Below are positions 1-13,980 of a stretch of DNA of 64,000 nt, piece by piece. The stretch's first letter is position 1, and each line of letters starts with the position of its first letter. Origin of the DNA: the human T2T-CHM13v2.0 reference genome, Homo sapiens; NCBI RefSeq assembly GCF_009914755.1, contig NC_060933.1. One strand, 5' to 3'. The position numbers and the translations under genes are program-made. The notes beneath the pieces are model-generated. The model did not search any database. It saw nothing but the letters and a program-made list of their open reading frames with translations, and was not told the DNA's origin.

Positions 1-238
1 TTCCATGTCATGTCACTATATGAGTCATATATTTGCATTTTTATTTTTACCCAAAATATTGATGATAAACTTGTTTTGTTTTAGGGCAATGTAATAGAGC
101 TTATTGTAATTATTAAATGTTGTGGGTGAAATTTACTAAATGACAGAGTCAAACAAATTTTGGAACACCAAAAACTCATTGATCCTCTTGCATGAAGATT
201 TTTTTCTACATTTATCCTTTTCTTCTCTTCAAATTTAG

Positions 239-329
239 GGCCTTGGAACTGATGAAGATACTCTAATTGAGATTTTGGCATCAAGAACTAACAAAGAAAT
301 CAGAGACATTAACAGGGTCTACAGAGAGG
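239..329 (+). CDS. ANXA1: Annexin A1 coding exon 6 ([31 protein letters not shown])
   Basis: Pyrimidine tract and AG at 237-238, GTAAGT donor at 330. 91 nt translating to the annexin repeat 2 GLGTDE motif, matching the known human ANXA1 protein. Confidence 0.98.
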
Positions 330-1320
330 GTAAGTTGTAATGTCCAACAGTCCAAACGCCTTATTTGAAAAGGAAATCTAATATACTTTCTTAAAATTGA
401 CTGTCTATGGTAATTATGGCAGCTTTGGAATCTCCACATATCAAAATGTTTCTTTATTGTTTGGCACATGTCTATTAAATGCTGTTACCAGGCAACGCTT
501 GAGTTGCTAGGTTGCTGACAAGGGAGATGGTGTCCCAATCCGCATCAAGCTTGCGTTTTAATAGAAAATGTTCCTCTAGGATAAATGGCCACATACGATT
601 ATAATGGAAACCTCAATTCAGAGCATTGAATTTTTAAAAATTTCTGAAAAACACTTTTCTATTATTCTGGAATGTATTTTATAAAAATGTCCCAAGGTCA
701 TTTTTTTTGAAAAGAATATATAATAACAAAAAAATCTCCTAACAAAATGTTTTTCATTTGTCCTTGAAAAAGTAAAGAATTAGGTGCTTATAATTCTCTG
801 TTGGAAACCTTAACTTTATCGTTATGAACATAAGAGACTCACTTTATCTCTAGTTAAATTCACAGAATAAAAGACTAGTCTTAGCTTATTTTATCTCTCC
901 AGTGAAGCATCTCATTTAAATGATGTGCTCAACACTGAAAAGAGGGTAATTGCAAGTCTCTTACCATTTTCCTACTCTCATTTCCCTGAGCTGCTGGCTT
1001 TTTGGCTTTCCCAATGCAATATATGGCATATAGAAGATCTTTCTGCTTGATTCTCATACCAAGCATGGAGAATACAATAGCTTTTGCATATCATTTTCAG
1101 AGGAATTTAATAAAAGAATAAAAATAAGGAAGCTTTTAAACCTCATTTTCTGCAATTCTTATTTAATTACCAATGTTTATGTTAGATCCATGTGTCAGTG
1201 GTAATAATGATGATTATTTTTGTTTGATAAAACATAGTTTATAAAAATAAGTGTTTATATATTTTTCATATGGCCAAGATATAGGCCAGTGATAGTTTAT
1301 TACATTGCCCAGTTTCAAGT

Positions 1321-1690
1321 TGTTTTAGTCCGTTTGTGTTGCTATAAAGAAATATCTGAGACCAAGTAATGTAAAAAGAAAGGAAATACTGTACAAGTAG
1401 TATGGGACCAGCGTCTGCTTTTGATGAGGGCCTCATACTACTTCTACTCATGGCAGAAAGCAGACAGAAGCAGATGTGTGCAGAGAGGGAGAGAGAGAAA
1501 AGGAGGTGCCAGGCTCTTTTCAACAGCCAGTTCTTAAAGAAACTATGAATGAGAACTCACTCCGAGCCATTCATGAGGGATCTGCCCCCATCATCCAAAC
1601 ATCTCCCAACAGGCCCCACCTTCAACAGTGGAGAATAAATTGCAACATGAGACTTGGCAGGGCCAAACAAACAATATGAAAACCATAGCA
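1321..1690 (-). mobile_element. MaLR solo LTR (MSTB-like) in ANXA1 intron 6
   Basis: Termini tgttttagtccgtttgtgttgctataaag...aaaccatagca; degenerate 5-bp TSD caagt/ctagt. Confidence 0.85.
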
Positions 1691-2217
1691 CTAGTCAATT
1701 ATAAATTCAATTATTTTTTCCTATTACAGTATTATTTTATGTAGTTAAGCAGAAGTGTTTACACACACATAAATCATCAAACTGCATTACTTATAAGACA
1801 TTTATAGTTTTTAAACTAAATAAATAATTTGCATTCAAGCAAGTACCTCATTTTGTTCTTTTAAACAATTATTTTATTCATTCTATTGCTTAAATTCTGC
1901 CATGTTGTATTTCAGAATTAATTACTAATGTATACCTATACAATTTATTCTTAACGAAAGCTTTATGACTGTGAGTTTTCAATCACAGTATTATCTAAAT
2001 TGCTCCCATTGCTTCATATGAAATAAATTCAATGATCCAAAAATTTACCTGCTTTAATTTTTCTCTTCTTATTTAAAAATGATAATATTTTGCAACATGT
2101 TCCATAAGTCATTGAACACTGTGGCACTGTGAATTTTCAACCAACTTAGAGATGTCAGATATTCTTATTATTATTCATCACTGGTTTACTATAAAATCTA
2201 TTTTTCTTTTTTCTCAG

Positions 2218-2297
2218 AACTGAAGAGAGATCTGGCCAAAGACATAACCTCAGACACATCTGGAGATTTTCGGAACGCTTTGCTTTCTCTTGCTAAG
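2218..2297 (+). CDS. ANXA1: Annexin A1 coding exon 7 ([27 protein letters not shown])
   Basis: ttctcAG acceptor, GT donor at 2298. 80 nt, phase-compatible with exon 6. Confidence 0.98.
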
Positions 2298-2345
2298 GTA
2301 CAACTCAGATACTTTAGGAAATGCCTCTTGTTTTATAAAGACTAA

Positions 2346-2761
2346 TTTCTTAGTCCATTTTGTGTTGCTATAAGGGAATATCTGAGGCTAGGTAATTTTT
2401 AAAGATAAAAAGGTTTATTTGGCTCAGGATTCTGATGGCTAACAAATTCAAGTTTGGGTATCTATGTCTGGTGAGAGCCTCAGGCTGCTTCCACTCCTGA
2501 CAGAAGAGGAAAGGGAGCTGGTGTGTGCAGAGACCACATGGCAAGAAAGGAAGCAAGAGAGAGAATGGGGAGGTGCCAGCCTCGTTAACAACCAGCTCTC
2601 GTGGTTCTCATGAGCAAGAACTCATTCCCAGTGACGGCATTAATCTCTTCATGAGAGATCAGCCCCAGGACCCAAATACCTCCCTCTAGGCCCCACCTTT
2701 AACACTGGGGATCAAATTTCAACATGAGGTTTGGAGGGGAAGAACATCTAAAACCATCGCA
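2346..2761 (-). mobile_element. MaLR solo LTR (MSTB/MSTC-like) in ANXA1 intron 7
   Basis: ttagtccattttgtgttgctataaggga...aaatttcaacatgaggtttggagggg...aaaccatcgca. Confidence 0.85.
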
Positions 2762-2911
2762 AGTAAAATCTTGTATCTGAGCTCCTTCTAGAAATGAGTA
2801 ATAGAATACCTTTTTCTCAAAAAATATTATTTATCTGAGTTTAAGATAATTAAGTAAATCATGCAATTACATGCTAGAGAAGAGCTTACAATAGAATGGG
2901 ATTTCTTTCAG

Positions 2912-2968
2912 GGTGACCGATCTGAGGACTTTGGTGTGAATGAAGACTTGGCTGATTCAGATGCCAGG
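2912..2968 (+). CDS. ANXA1: Annexin A1 coding exon 8 (GDRSEDFGVNEDLADSDAR)
   Basis: tttcAG acceptor, GTAAGG donor, 57 nt. Confidence 0.98.
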
Positions 2969-4551
2969 GTAAGGAAGTGCTTACAAAATACTGCTGCAGT
3001 TCATCTTCCTACCTTAAGTGGGGCTACCACATGATCCCCTGTGAAAGCAAATCTAAGATCTTCTGAGAGACCAATGGCTTCTTAATGTTCATTTCCTGAA
3101 TGAGGCATGTCTTTCTGTAGCCCCCACACACAAAAAAGTAGTCTTTGTAAGTTTTCAATATCTCTCATTATTCGTAAAACCAGAGAGAACTGAAGAAGGA
3201 CAATACAAATTTGATTTGTCATTCCCAAGAATTGTTTGTTAAAAAAAACTCTGACCTTTCGTTGTACTAGGTATAAGAAGGGGAAATGTAATTTTTTTAT
3301 TATGTGCAATGGAAAGAGTAAGCATATTTAACGTTATTTTTAACAGAGAACTTTGGAATGGTTTATAGATGTCAATTTATATTGTCAAAATATTACTGCA
3401 ATGATATAACAAGAGTATAGGATAAATTATAATAATATATGCTTTCTAACATATTGTTTTATTTAGTTTCAGTGACATTGCTGATTATTTATATGCCAAA
3501 CCACTGGCAACATAAGAAAAATCATATCATTTTAAAGCCTGGAATTTCCATTTAAAACAAACAAACAACTAATATTTGCATTATGCCTTCTCATGGAACA
3601 GTATTCTCTAGAGAATTCATTACAGTGCTTCACTAAGGATAGAGATTTCTTTGTGCACCCCCATCCACTTCTGCTATACCAGTACATTATCATGTACATA
3701 ATAGGCACTCATGAACTTTTTGTTCAACAAATGCATACATATCAGATCAATTTGCTTGAAAAATGCAAAATAATTTTTACATACATTGAAGGTTTTATCA
3801 TTTTAATAGAAATTGTTCAAGCATATTAAGGAACAAGAGTTAGCATTTGAATAATTGCCCATAATAAAAAATTCTTATTTGCTTTTGACATTTCTGAATT
3901 TGCTTTCCATTTTAAGACTATCAGGGTTCTTAATATATATTTATGGAGGTTACATGGATTAGTGTGACCCAAGAGAATGATGGTAGTCAACATTTCAAAG
4001 TTAATAAAGACCGCTTGTGACAATAGGGCAGGGATTATATTTTTCATATATAAAAGAAAAAAATCTGTCATTTAGTAAGGTTGATCTATTTGTCTAAGAT
4101 TATGCAGCTTTGAAATTGCAGAGTCAGAATTTGAATACAGAAATTCTAACATCAAAATGCAAGGTCCAGGTTACGGTTGAATTATTGATTTATAAGTAAC
4201 ATTTGCTGATAATTACTTTGAACAACACAGAGTAAAAAATCTTTAGAGATCCCCTTGGAGTTGTCTTACTATAGAGCATAATCTTAAAGCAATTTAGTTC
4301 AGCAAACATTTATTCTGCAAACATATATTCAGACTCTAGTGTTTACAAGGCACCTTGAGAGAAACTGTGGAAGATATTTGACAAACAAAATAAGGTCCCT
4401 ATCTTTAAAGAACTTGCAATCTTATTGTTGACTACTCTGATTGTATTGGGCACAAAGCGATTGCCTATATAATCTTTGACAAGGTCTAACATTATTGTGC
4501 AGATATCATTTCAGCAGATAGTGAAGTGTTTACTTTTGTGTTTCTTGACAG

Positions 4552-4645
4552 GCCTTGTATGAAGCAGGAGAAAGGAGAAAGGGGACAGACGTAAACGTGT
4601 TCAATACCATCCTTACCACCAGAAGCTATCCACAACTTCGCAGAG
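4552..4645 (+). CDS. ANXA1: Annexin A1 coding exon 9 ([32 protein letters not shown])
   Basis: tgacAG acceptor, GTAACA donor, 94 nt. Confidence 0.98.
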
Positions 4646-5532
4646 GTAACAATAAATTTCTTTTTCTGGAATCTGTTTATGGAAGATGCAATTTTCTTTT
4701 TTGATGACAAATAAGAGAAAGTAAAAACAGAACCCTTTTTCAATATCACTCCTGTATCAAACAGATACAGTGTTCCTGACCCATTGTTATTTGTCAATTT
4801 GTCCAATTTTGTACAGCCGCTACTTTATCATATTTAATACATTTTGTGACTTGGGCATGTGGAACATAATTTTGTTATTTTCACTGCTTTTACTCCCCTA
4901 AAAGATTTGGAATATGTGTGGGAAAAGACATGCATAACAGAACAAATGAAATTAGAATGAAGAAAAACAAAAAAAAAAAAACAAAAAACCCTCAGAGCTA
5001 AATGAAGAAAGAAATATGTAGGTGCTTTGGAAAAACAACAACAAGACAAAACTCAGAAAAAGTCCTGGCCTTTGAGTGCAAGATTTAGCTCTGGGCCTCT
5101 TGGAAGTGAAGGCGATGGAAAAGTTATGACAATTACCAAAGTTCACCATCTTATAATAGTATACTGATTTCTACTGTTAAATGTAAGAGAAATTTAGTGC
5201 ACAGGTCTTTATATAAGGGAAGATCCATTTGCTGTGGCTCTTAGAACTGCTGTAGGAAGTGCTATAGTTGTCAATCACATGCCGTTTCTAATAACTGTCA
5301 ACATTTGCAAACATTTCGCCAAAATATATAGGAATACCAAAATGGCCAGGTAAGTTACATTCCTAGGAGAGGATGAAGTATTCACGTTATGATTAATTGG
5401 GTATATTGCTTTAAAAGGTGTAGCCAAAGTTGTTATTCTAAAAAATTCTTTGAGTCAGTTGCCTTGATTTTGCTAAAGCTTTCTAAAGAAAAGGATGTTT
5501 TGCATGTATCTTAGTTTGAATTTAATATTCAG

Positions 5533-5628
5533 TGTTTCAGAAATACACCAAGTACAGTAAGCATGACATGAACAAAGTTCTGGACCTGGAGTTGAAAGGT
5601 GACATTGAGAAATGCCTCACAGCTATCG
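5533..5628 (+). CDS. ANXA1: Annexin A1 coding exon 10 ([33 protein letters not shown])
   Basis: attcAG acceptor, GTATGT donor, 96 nt. Confidence 0.98.
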
Positions 5629-5914
5629 GTATGTAGTCCAGCAGTTGAAAGAGTTTTCTAACTAGAAATTGTATTTTCAAAGCTATCCTATACTTAACAA
5701 GAACAACAGCAACAAAACCAATAAAAGAAAACAAAAAACAATCAGAAGTAGTGCATCTGTTTCAATTGAAGCAACGTAAAAGATTGGCAAAGTACTATAA
5801 CCTTAATAACAATAGATATTATTCCCCTTTTCAAAAATAGAGAGAGATAGACTATACTTATTGAGCACCTACTTATATCAAACAATGTACCAGGCTGGGC
5901 ACACCACAGAGGCA

Positions 5915-6020
5915 ATTCAGAATGGTCACTGAGAGCATGGGATCTGGAATAAATGTAACATCTGGATAAATGTAACTTCAAGTCCTGGTCTACTGCTTGT
6001 TAATTGTACAATCTTGGGCA
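5915..6020 (+). mobile_element. MIR fragment
   Basis: ttcaagtcctggtctactgcttgttaattgtacaatcttgggca resembles the MIR core. Confidence 0.55.
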
Positions 6021-6300
6021 GGTCCAGGAGAGTCTGATTCAGTGGGTCCGAGTTGGCCTCTAAAAATCGGTACTTTTTAAAGATCTCCCAGGTTATTCAG
6101 ACAACCATCAGGGTTGGGGAACCTATGTTCTCAAGCAGTGTTTCTCATTCATGACTATGCACTTGAATCCCCTGGAAAGCTTGTTAAAATGCAGATTCTG
6201 ATTCCCCAGGTCTGGGGTGGAGCTTAGATTCTGCTTTTCTAACAAGCTCCCCATTGATGCCAATGCTGTTGGTCCATAGATCTCGACAAGATGAAGAACA
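6021..6300. mobile_element. Two adjacent MER5A/B (hAT-Charlie) fragments
   Basis: cagtgtttctc...gcttgttaaaatgcagattc...ttctaacaagctcccca MER5 hallmarks, present twice. Confidence 0.7.
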
Positions 6301-6389
6301 CTATGAACTGGAATGTGCTAGTATTATTTGGGTTCTGTTTTATATTTAAGCCCATCCTATCCCAGAGTTTTTTCTTCATTTATTCATTT

Positions 6390-6562
6390 ATTTTTACTTA
6401 TTTGTTTGTGCAACTCTTACTTTAGACACAGAGGTACATGTGCACGTTTGTTCCATGGGTGTTCTGCACTCAGGCAGTGAGCATAGTACCCAATAAGTAG
6501 TTTTTTGACCAATGCCCCTTCTCTCCCTGCCCTCTCTAGTAGTCTGCAGTGTCTGTTGTTCA
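6390..6562 (-). mobile_element. L1 3' end fragment (L1PA15/16- or L1PB-like)
   Basis: gaggtacatgtgcacgtttgttccatggg...gagcatagtacccaataagtag. Confidence 0.75.
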
Positions 6563-6932
6563 TAGGGTGTTCTTTTTAAATGTTCTTATAGTAACATAAA
6601 TAAAGTATTTACATAGGCTTGAACACCTAGTGGCTTCTCCACTCCCAAGGAGAATATATGTTGGATAGCGCAAACTACTGAAGTTGCTCTTGAGATGTAT
6701 TTAAGGTAATAAAAAAATTGATCGTCAGGGAAAAGAATATTCAAAACCACCATCTAGAGAGTCACAAATACCTTCTCAGAAGTTAACTGCCCTATATTGG
6801 GAGATGAGAGGTGAAGAATGATGATGAGGGATAGAACACTGTTGGCAAAATTCTATATTTCCTGTTTCTTTCATATGGATATTTCATTTTTTTCATGGTA
6901 AATACATCAACTAAAATTTTCTTCTCTAACAG

Positions 6933-6991
6933 TGAAGTGCGCCACAAGCAAACCAGCTTTCTTTGCAGAGAAGCTTCATCAAGCCATGAAA
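6933..6991 (+). CDS. ANXA1: Annexin A1 coding exon 11 ([20 protein letters not shown])
   Basis: ctaacAG acceptor, GTATGT donor, 59 nt. Confidence 0.98.
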
Positions 6992-8314
6992 GTATGTACC
7001 ATTCTACTTATATGTCCTGCTTAGAGGAAGAATTATTTGTAGAAAGAACAGAAAACCTCATGTTGTTTGAAAATCTCACATTTAATATCTTCCCATTAAT
7101 GAGAATCATTGTTCTATTTGATGAAAGAGGTAATACACTACCTTCTCAGAATAAACTTCTGTTAGATTCGGTGCTTTTTTTTACAGATGAGATTGTAAAG
7201 TGAGCCTGTAAGTGATTTACGGCTCACTTGTGATTTGCTTAAAACATGTGTCACCACGGGAAGGGTGATGTACTTTCTTTTTTAACGTGTAATTTTAGTG
7301 GCCTACTTCCTCTAAGGTTGTGAGTTTTATAATCTCCCACTTTATGAGTCTGATTTGTTGTTTTTATTATTCTGTCTTTTATGCCACAGATTAATAGTTG
7401 AAACTTTTGAAATGTCATTCTATGATTAAGGATGTAGAATGATGTATTTGAGATCAACTATGTCACTTTAACTTTACTGTCTGACATGCATGGTATTATA
7501 CAAGGTACCTCTTCTATTCTGACATTTTGAGCCCACAAATGAATAGTTATGAAGTTATCTTCCTTTTTTCTTTGCAGCTCCAAAATAAGGAGGTTTTCAG
7601 AGAGAGAGAGAAAGAAAGATCTAACTATTTGAATAATATGAAGGAATATTTTGAATATATATGAATAATTTGAATAATATGAAATGATAGACATGCTAGG
7701 TACTGCTCTGTAGTGGTTAGCATAGTTGCTGCCCCCTTTCTGCCATAGTCTAGTGTGATATTTCGTTGGGTAATGATGAATACCTGGTGCCATGGAAGAG
7801 AAAAGTGGGACATATACTCCAGACTTTGGAAATCCAGGTAGCATTGCTGTCAGCTAAATTAACACCTGAAGTTTAAATAGAAATGAGCCAGATGAGGGCA
7901 AGAGTGGAAGAGATGGGGATAAAGCAAGGGTGGTCCAAGAGGAAGAAGTAACCCACACACAGGCTTGAAGGCAAAAGGTAACATAACCTTCTCAAGACAG
8001 TAAGTATAGAGTGATGGTGCACACTGGAAGAGATGGTAGAATTAGGCAGGATATTGTAAGCCTTGAAAAAGAATTAGGCAGGATATCGGAAGCCCTGATT
8101 AGATTCTATCCTAAGAGCAACAGAAGATCACTGACAGTGTTTTAAATAGATAGACTAGTTTATTAGATTTGCAGTTTAGAAGTTCCCTTTTTTTGTAATT
8201 ATTGGACAGTGTAGAGACCGGATGGTGAGAGATGAGTTAGGAAGTTGTGACAGCTCTCTATACCTACCGCTAATGTAGAGGATTATTTATTTTCATTTCA
8301 TTACCATTCGTGTA

Positions 8315-8316
<2 letters not shown>

Positions 8317-8348
<32 letters not shown>
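8317..8348 (+). repeat. (GT)16 microsatellite in ANXA1 intron 11
   Basis: Direct reading, 32 bp perfect. Confidence 0.97.
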
Positions 8349-8351
<3 letters not shown>

Positions 8352-8467
8352 GCTAGTTTCTCTATAGAAATTATATGGAAGAGTAAGAAGGCTTCACTTT
8401 AAAATTCATGTTTTTAATGAGAGTATTTTCTGAATATGAGACACTTACCCTCATTTATTTTGGCCAG

Positions 8468-8590
8468 GGTGTTGGAACTCGCCATAAGGCATTGATCAGG
8501 ATTATGGTTTCCCGTTCTGAAATTGACATGAATGATATCAAAGCATTCTATCAGAAGATGTATGGTATCTCCCTTTGCCAAGCCATCCTG
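8468..8590 (+). CDS. ANXA1: Annexin A1 coding exon 12 ([41 protein letters not shown])
   Basis: ggccAG acceptor, GTATGT donor, 123 nt. Lies within ORF 8408..8665 of the track. Confidence 0.98.
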
Positions 8591-9486
8591 GTATGTTTTG
8601 ATTCCTCTAATGCCATCCCAACAAATGAAAGTTCTTTTTGCAAGATCTTCAAGGAGAAGAGTTGACTTATTGTATCTATAAATTTAATATGTAAGATTAA
8701 TTTAATATATTATGGTGTATACTTCATGAGTAAATTGAACTTTCACTGGTAAAATCTACTAGTGAGTTCTCTACTGAAATACTGGGTACATTTTTCAACT
8801 AAAGTCATGGAAACATTTAGTTTCCCATGCATAAATTCAGCAAGCAGAATATTCTAGTGTTCCCCCTAGGGTAGATAGACATTGTGGTTTATTTTGCCAT
8901 TAATATTTGTCAGAGGATTAGAAACTCCTTATTCAAAATATTTATCTTAATTCTATCACATGTAAAATGTTTAAAATTTATGTTCAAATTGTCTCATAAG
9001 AATGTTAAAAAATAAGACAAAGAACAGTCAAGGGTTTTGGACTTACTGAAAGGTAGATAACGATTCAAATTTAATTAATTAGTCATATTGGATAACTAAA
9101 ATCTACCCAGAAAATGTGAGAAAATTACAGGCACTATACATTTCTCTTCTTCTGGTGAGTGAATCAGGTATCTCCTCACATAAGATATGAGATTATATTG
9201 TGTTATACTTATTTAATTTTGTGTGATATTTCATTCATAGAAAATAATGGCACTAATATAAAACATAATTAATTCAGAAAAGTTTGTAATCTCAGTCTTG
9301 AAGGCTATTGCTTTTTTATGCAATGATAAAAAATCAGTTATCTGTTGTATATATTGTTTAATTAAGTGAATGGTAATGTGTAATCTCATCTACAGCTAAG
9401 TCTAAAAATAATTCTTCTATAAGTAAAAAAAAATAGAGAATTATGGTTTCGACTAACATTAAGTATACCTTTTTTTGAATCAACAG

Positions 9487-9543
9487 GATGAAACCAAAGG
9501 AGATTATGAGAAAATCCTGGTGGCTCTTTGTGGAGGAAACTAA
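9487..9543 (+). CDS. ANXA1: Annexin A1 last coding exon 13 (DETKGDYEKILVALCGGN-stop)
   Basis: caacAG acceptor, TAA at 9541-9543. The eight exons total 657 nt = 218 aa + stop, matching residues 129-346. Confidence 0.98.
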   Translation, partial: DETKGDYEKILVALCGGN

Positions 9544-9829
9544 ACATTCCCTTGATGGTCTCAAGCTATGATCAGAAGACTTTAATTATATATTTTCATC
9601 CTATAAGCTTAAATAGGAAAGTTTCTTCAACAGGATTACAGTGTAGCTACCTACATGCTGAAAAATATAGCCTTTAAATCATTTTTATATTATAACTCTG
9701 TATAATAGAGATAAGTCCATTTTTTAAAAATGTTTTCCCCAAACCATAAAACCCTATACAAGTTGTTCTAGTAACAATACATGAGAAAGATGTCTATGTA
9801 GCTGAAAATAAAATGACGTCACAAGACAA
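9544..9829 (+). other. ANXA1: ANXA1 3'UTR (end approximate)
   Basis: AT-rich sequence between the stop codon and the expected cleavage site ~15-20 nt after AATAAA. Confidence 0.85.
9807..9812 (+). terminator. ANXA1 polyadenylation signal AATAAA
   Basis: AATAAA with upstream TGTA element and downstream GU/U-rich element (tggtgtgtc...ttttgattttctttt). Confidence 0.9.
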
Positions 9830-10101
9830 TTGGTGTGTCATTGACTCTTCTATTTTGATTTTCTTTTCTGTGTAATTCAGTGGTTTAATTTGACATTAAG
9901 GGATACAAGCCTGAATTCTAGATTATAATTATTTAATGAAATAGAGTTCACATTCTGAATTGAAGAAAATACTTATAGCTTTTGAAAAGGGATACTACAT
10001 TTTATCGTATGTGTACAGACTATTGAGATTGTGTCTCTGTATAATAAATTTATTGCACTAGCATTATAACAATTTGATATATTCTATATTTCATTAACTA
10101 G

Positions 10102-11130
<1,029 letters not shown>

Positions 11131-11365
11131 TTTTTGATATTTATATTTAATGAAAATATAAAACCTTGCAATTTCTCATTCTCTATGAATAGATGATAGA
11201 TATCAATTTAGTTAAGCTCTTTATTTCAAGGAGAGCATCAGCCATGGTACGAGCTCTTTTTTCAAAAAGGCAATGGGAAGAGTTACTTTCCCGTGAGCGC
11301 CTTCTCACTAGGTAGAGCTGGATAAAGGTGGTAACAATTTATTCACCCTCAAAAGACTTGGGTTG

Positions 11366-11461
11366 TGGGAGGCAGAGCTTGCAGTGAGCCGAGATCGCGC
11401 CACTGCACTCCAGTCTAGGCAACAGAGCAAGACTCCATTTCAAAAGAAAAGAAAAAAAAAG
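11366..11461 (+). mobile_element. 5'-truncated AluY-like 3' fragment with 13-bp TSD
   Basis: gagcttgcagtgagccgagatcgcgcc; TSD aagacttgggttg at 11353-11365 and 11462-11474. Confidence 0.93.
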
Positions 11462-11823
11462 AAGACTTGGGTTGGCCATGGGATATTCTGATCACTCTGA
11501 GCTGCATTCAGAGTTAACCCTCCTTCACCTGGTTGTAGCTTGTCTTGATCGCTGACCTTAACTTTCTTCTACACACACCTGTCCCGCGTATCATGTGTTA
11601 TAGTCACGATTACTTGGTGCACAGCATATTGGCAAATGGGTTGACAGATATGCTGCCCCTTATGGCCTCTGGATTTTATTATATACCATATCGCCTTTGT
11701 ATGCTTGATTTGGAAGAAGTACCTATGTGGGAAATCAGAGGGAACCTGGAGCTGTTATATCAAGGCAGGATGAAGTTATCAAGATACTTTTGTTAGCACT
11801 ATTCTAATAATTGGGGCCAGGTG

Positions 11824-12119
<296 letters not shown>

Positions 12120-12249
12120 AAAATTTTTGCCAGTCAGTAAGAGAGCTACCTTGTTCAGATTGCATCCCCACATCTTCCTACTTCCAATTAATTTTAAAGA
12201 AACTGCCTGAGCTCTTTACTCTCTCTTTGCCTTCCTTTCCCTCCCTGCC

Positions 12250-12685
12250 CAACATTTGCTCTTTTCTGTTCTGCTCTGATATGTGACTTCTGAAGACTTT
12301 ATCATGCAGGTTCTCTTGCCTTCTGATTTCTGCCTGAATTCAGCTTATGGAAGAACCTGGCAGGAGCTGGGAGATGAGGCGGAGGTACTCCTGCTCCCTC
12401 CCTGATTCTAGAGACTTATTAACATTTGTGTTCTTCTACAGTCACAACTTCCATCAGGTGTCACCTTGTCTGAGGCTCTAGCTCTCAACTATTTCCTCTC
12501 CTTGCCCTTTGGACTTGGGATTCCTGCTGCTGCTGCTCCGTAGATACTGCAATATCTCATGTGGGTTCTCTTAACTTGCCTACACCTCTAAGGAAGTACA
12601 CCTCAGTATTCCCATAATTAAAACAATCGTCAAATGTCCAGCTTGTTATACTAGCCATTTCCTTCTAGGGCCCTGTCTGATATAC
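12250..12685 (+). mobile_element. Ancient ERVL LTR (LTR33-like)
   Basis: ctcttgccttctgatttctg...ggaagaacctggcaggagctgggag...gggccctgtctgatata resembles the LTR33 family. Confidence 0.5.
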
Positions 12686-12849
12686 CTTCCGAAAGTGCTG
12701 AACTTACTTACTTTATCAAAACTACTTGGAAGGCTCCTGAATAAATTCTAGACAAGGTGACAGGTAAGTGGATACACAAATGAATAGGAGAGCCACCTCA
12801 GTAAGTAGTAGTAAAAAGCAAAATTTTAGAAAACAAAAATATATAGCTT

Positions 12850-13980
12850 TCCATAATCCATGGAAAAAATGGTAAGGTGAATTTCACTAAAATTAAAAAC
12901 TTCTTCTTTGCAAATACACTATTATGAGACTAAAAAGATAAACTACAGACTTGGAGAAAATTTTTGCAAGACAAATATCTGTTAGAGAACTGATAAACAA
13001 AAATATAAAAAAACCTCTAAAGTCTGAACAGTAAAAGAAGTTAAAAAATTTTAAAAAATAAGCGAAAGATCTGAACAGGTACCTCACTAAAGAAGATATA
13101 AAGATGGTAAATAAGCATATGAAAATATGCTCAACATCATATATCATTAGGGAATTGCAAATTAAAACAATGAGACACCGCTACACTCCTATTAGAATAA
13201 CTAAAATCCATTCCATGTCAAGCAACAGAAACTCTCTTTCATTCCTGGTGTGAATGCAAAATGGCACAGCCGCTTTGGAAAACAATTTGGCCTTTTTTTT
13301 TTTTTTTTTTTTAACAAAGCTAAACACAGTCTTACATCATTCAGCAATCATGCTCCTAGGTATTTATGCAAACAAGTTGAAAATTTATGTCCACAAGCAA
13401 GAAACCTGCACACAAATGATTATAGCAGGGTTACTTGTCATTTCCAAAACTTAGAAGCAACCAAGATGCCTTTCAAAAGGTGAGTGAATAAACAAACAGT
13501 AGAATACTATTTAATAATAAAAGGAAATGAGCTATCAAGCAAAAGACATGGAAGAATCTTAAACACATACTGCTGAGTGAAAAAAGCCAGTCTGAAAGTC
13601 TACATATTACATGATTCCAACTATATAAATACTGAAAATATTGAAAAAGACAAAACTTATGGAGACAGTAAAAAGATCAATGATTTCCAGGGGTTAGGTT
13701 GAAGGGGGGAGGGATAAATAGGTGGAGCACAGAACAGTTTTAGGGCAATGAAACTATTCTGTATGATACTATAATGGTAGATACATGGCAGTTACACATT
13801 TCCAAGAACCTGTAGAACTGTATAATACAAAGAGTGAATCTTATGTAAACTATGGATATTGGTTAATAATATATCAAGGGAAAAATAAGGGAGAGGTAGA
13901 AAGGGTGTATGGAGACTCTAATTTCCGTGCAATTTTTCTGTAAACCTAAAACTGCTCTATAAAAATAAAGTCTATTAAAA
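12850..13980 (+). mobile_element. L1MC1/2-like 3' portion
   Basis: ORF2 end and 3'UTR ending tgtaaacctaaaactgctct...aaataaagtctattaaaa. Confidence 0.85.

Noticed and set aside
4492-4806. Antisense ORFs over ANXA1 exons (also 81..284, 5537..5734, 9358..9564)
   Set aside because: Shadow ORFs of the real exons with no independent support.
13281-13320. T20 run as another poly(A)-only insertion (also 40353-40373 and 49499-49518)
   Set aside because: No flanking direct repeat; better explained as slippage expansion of existing short runs.
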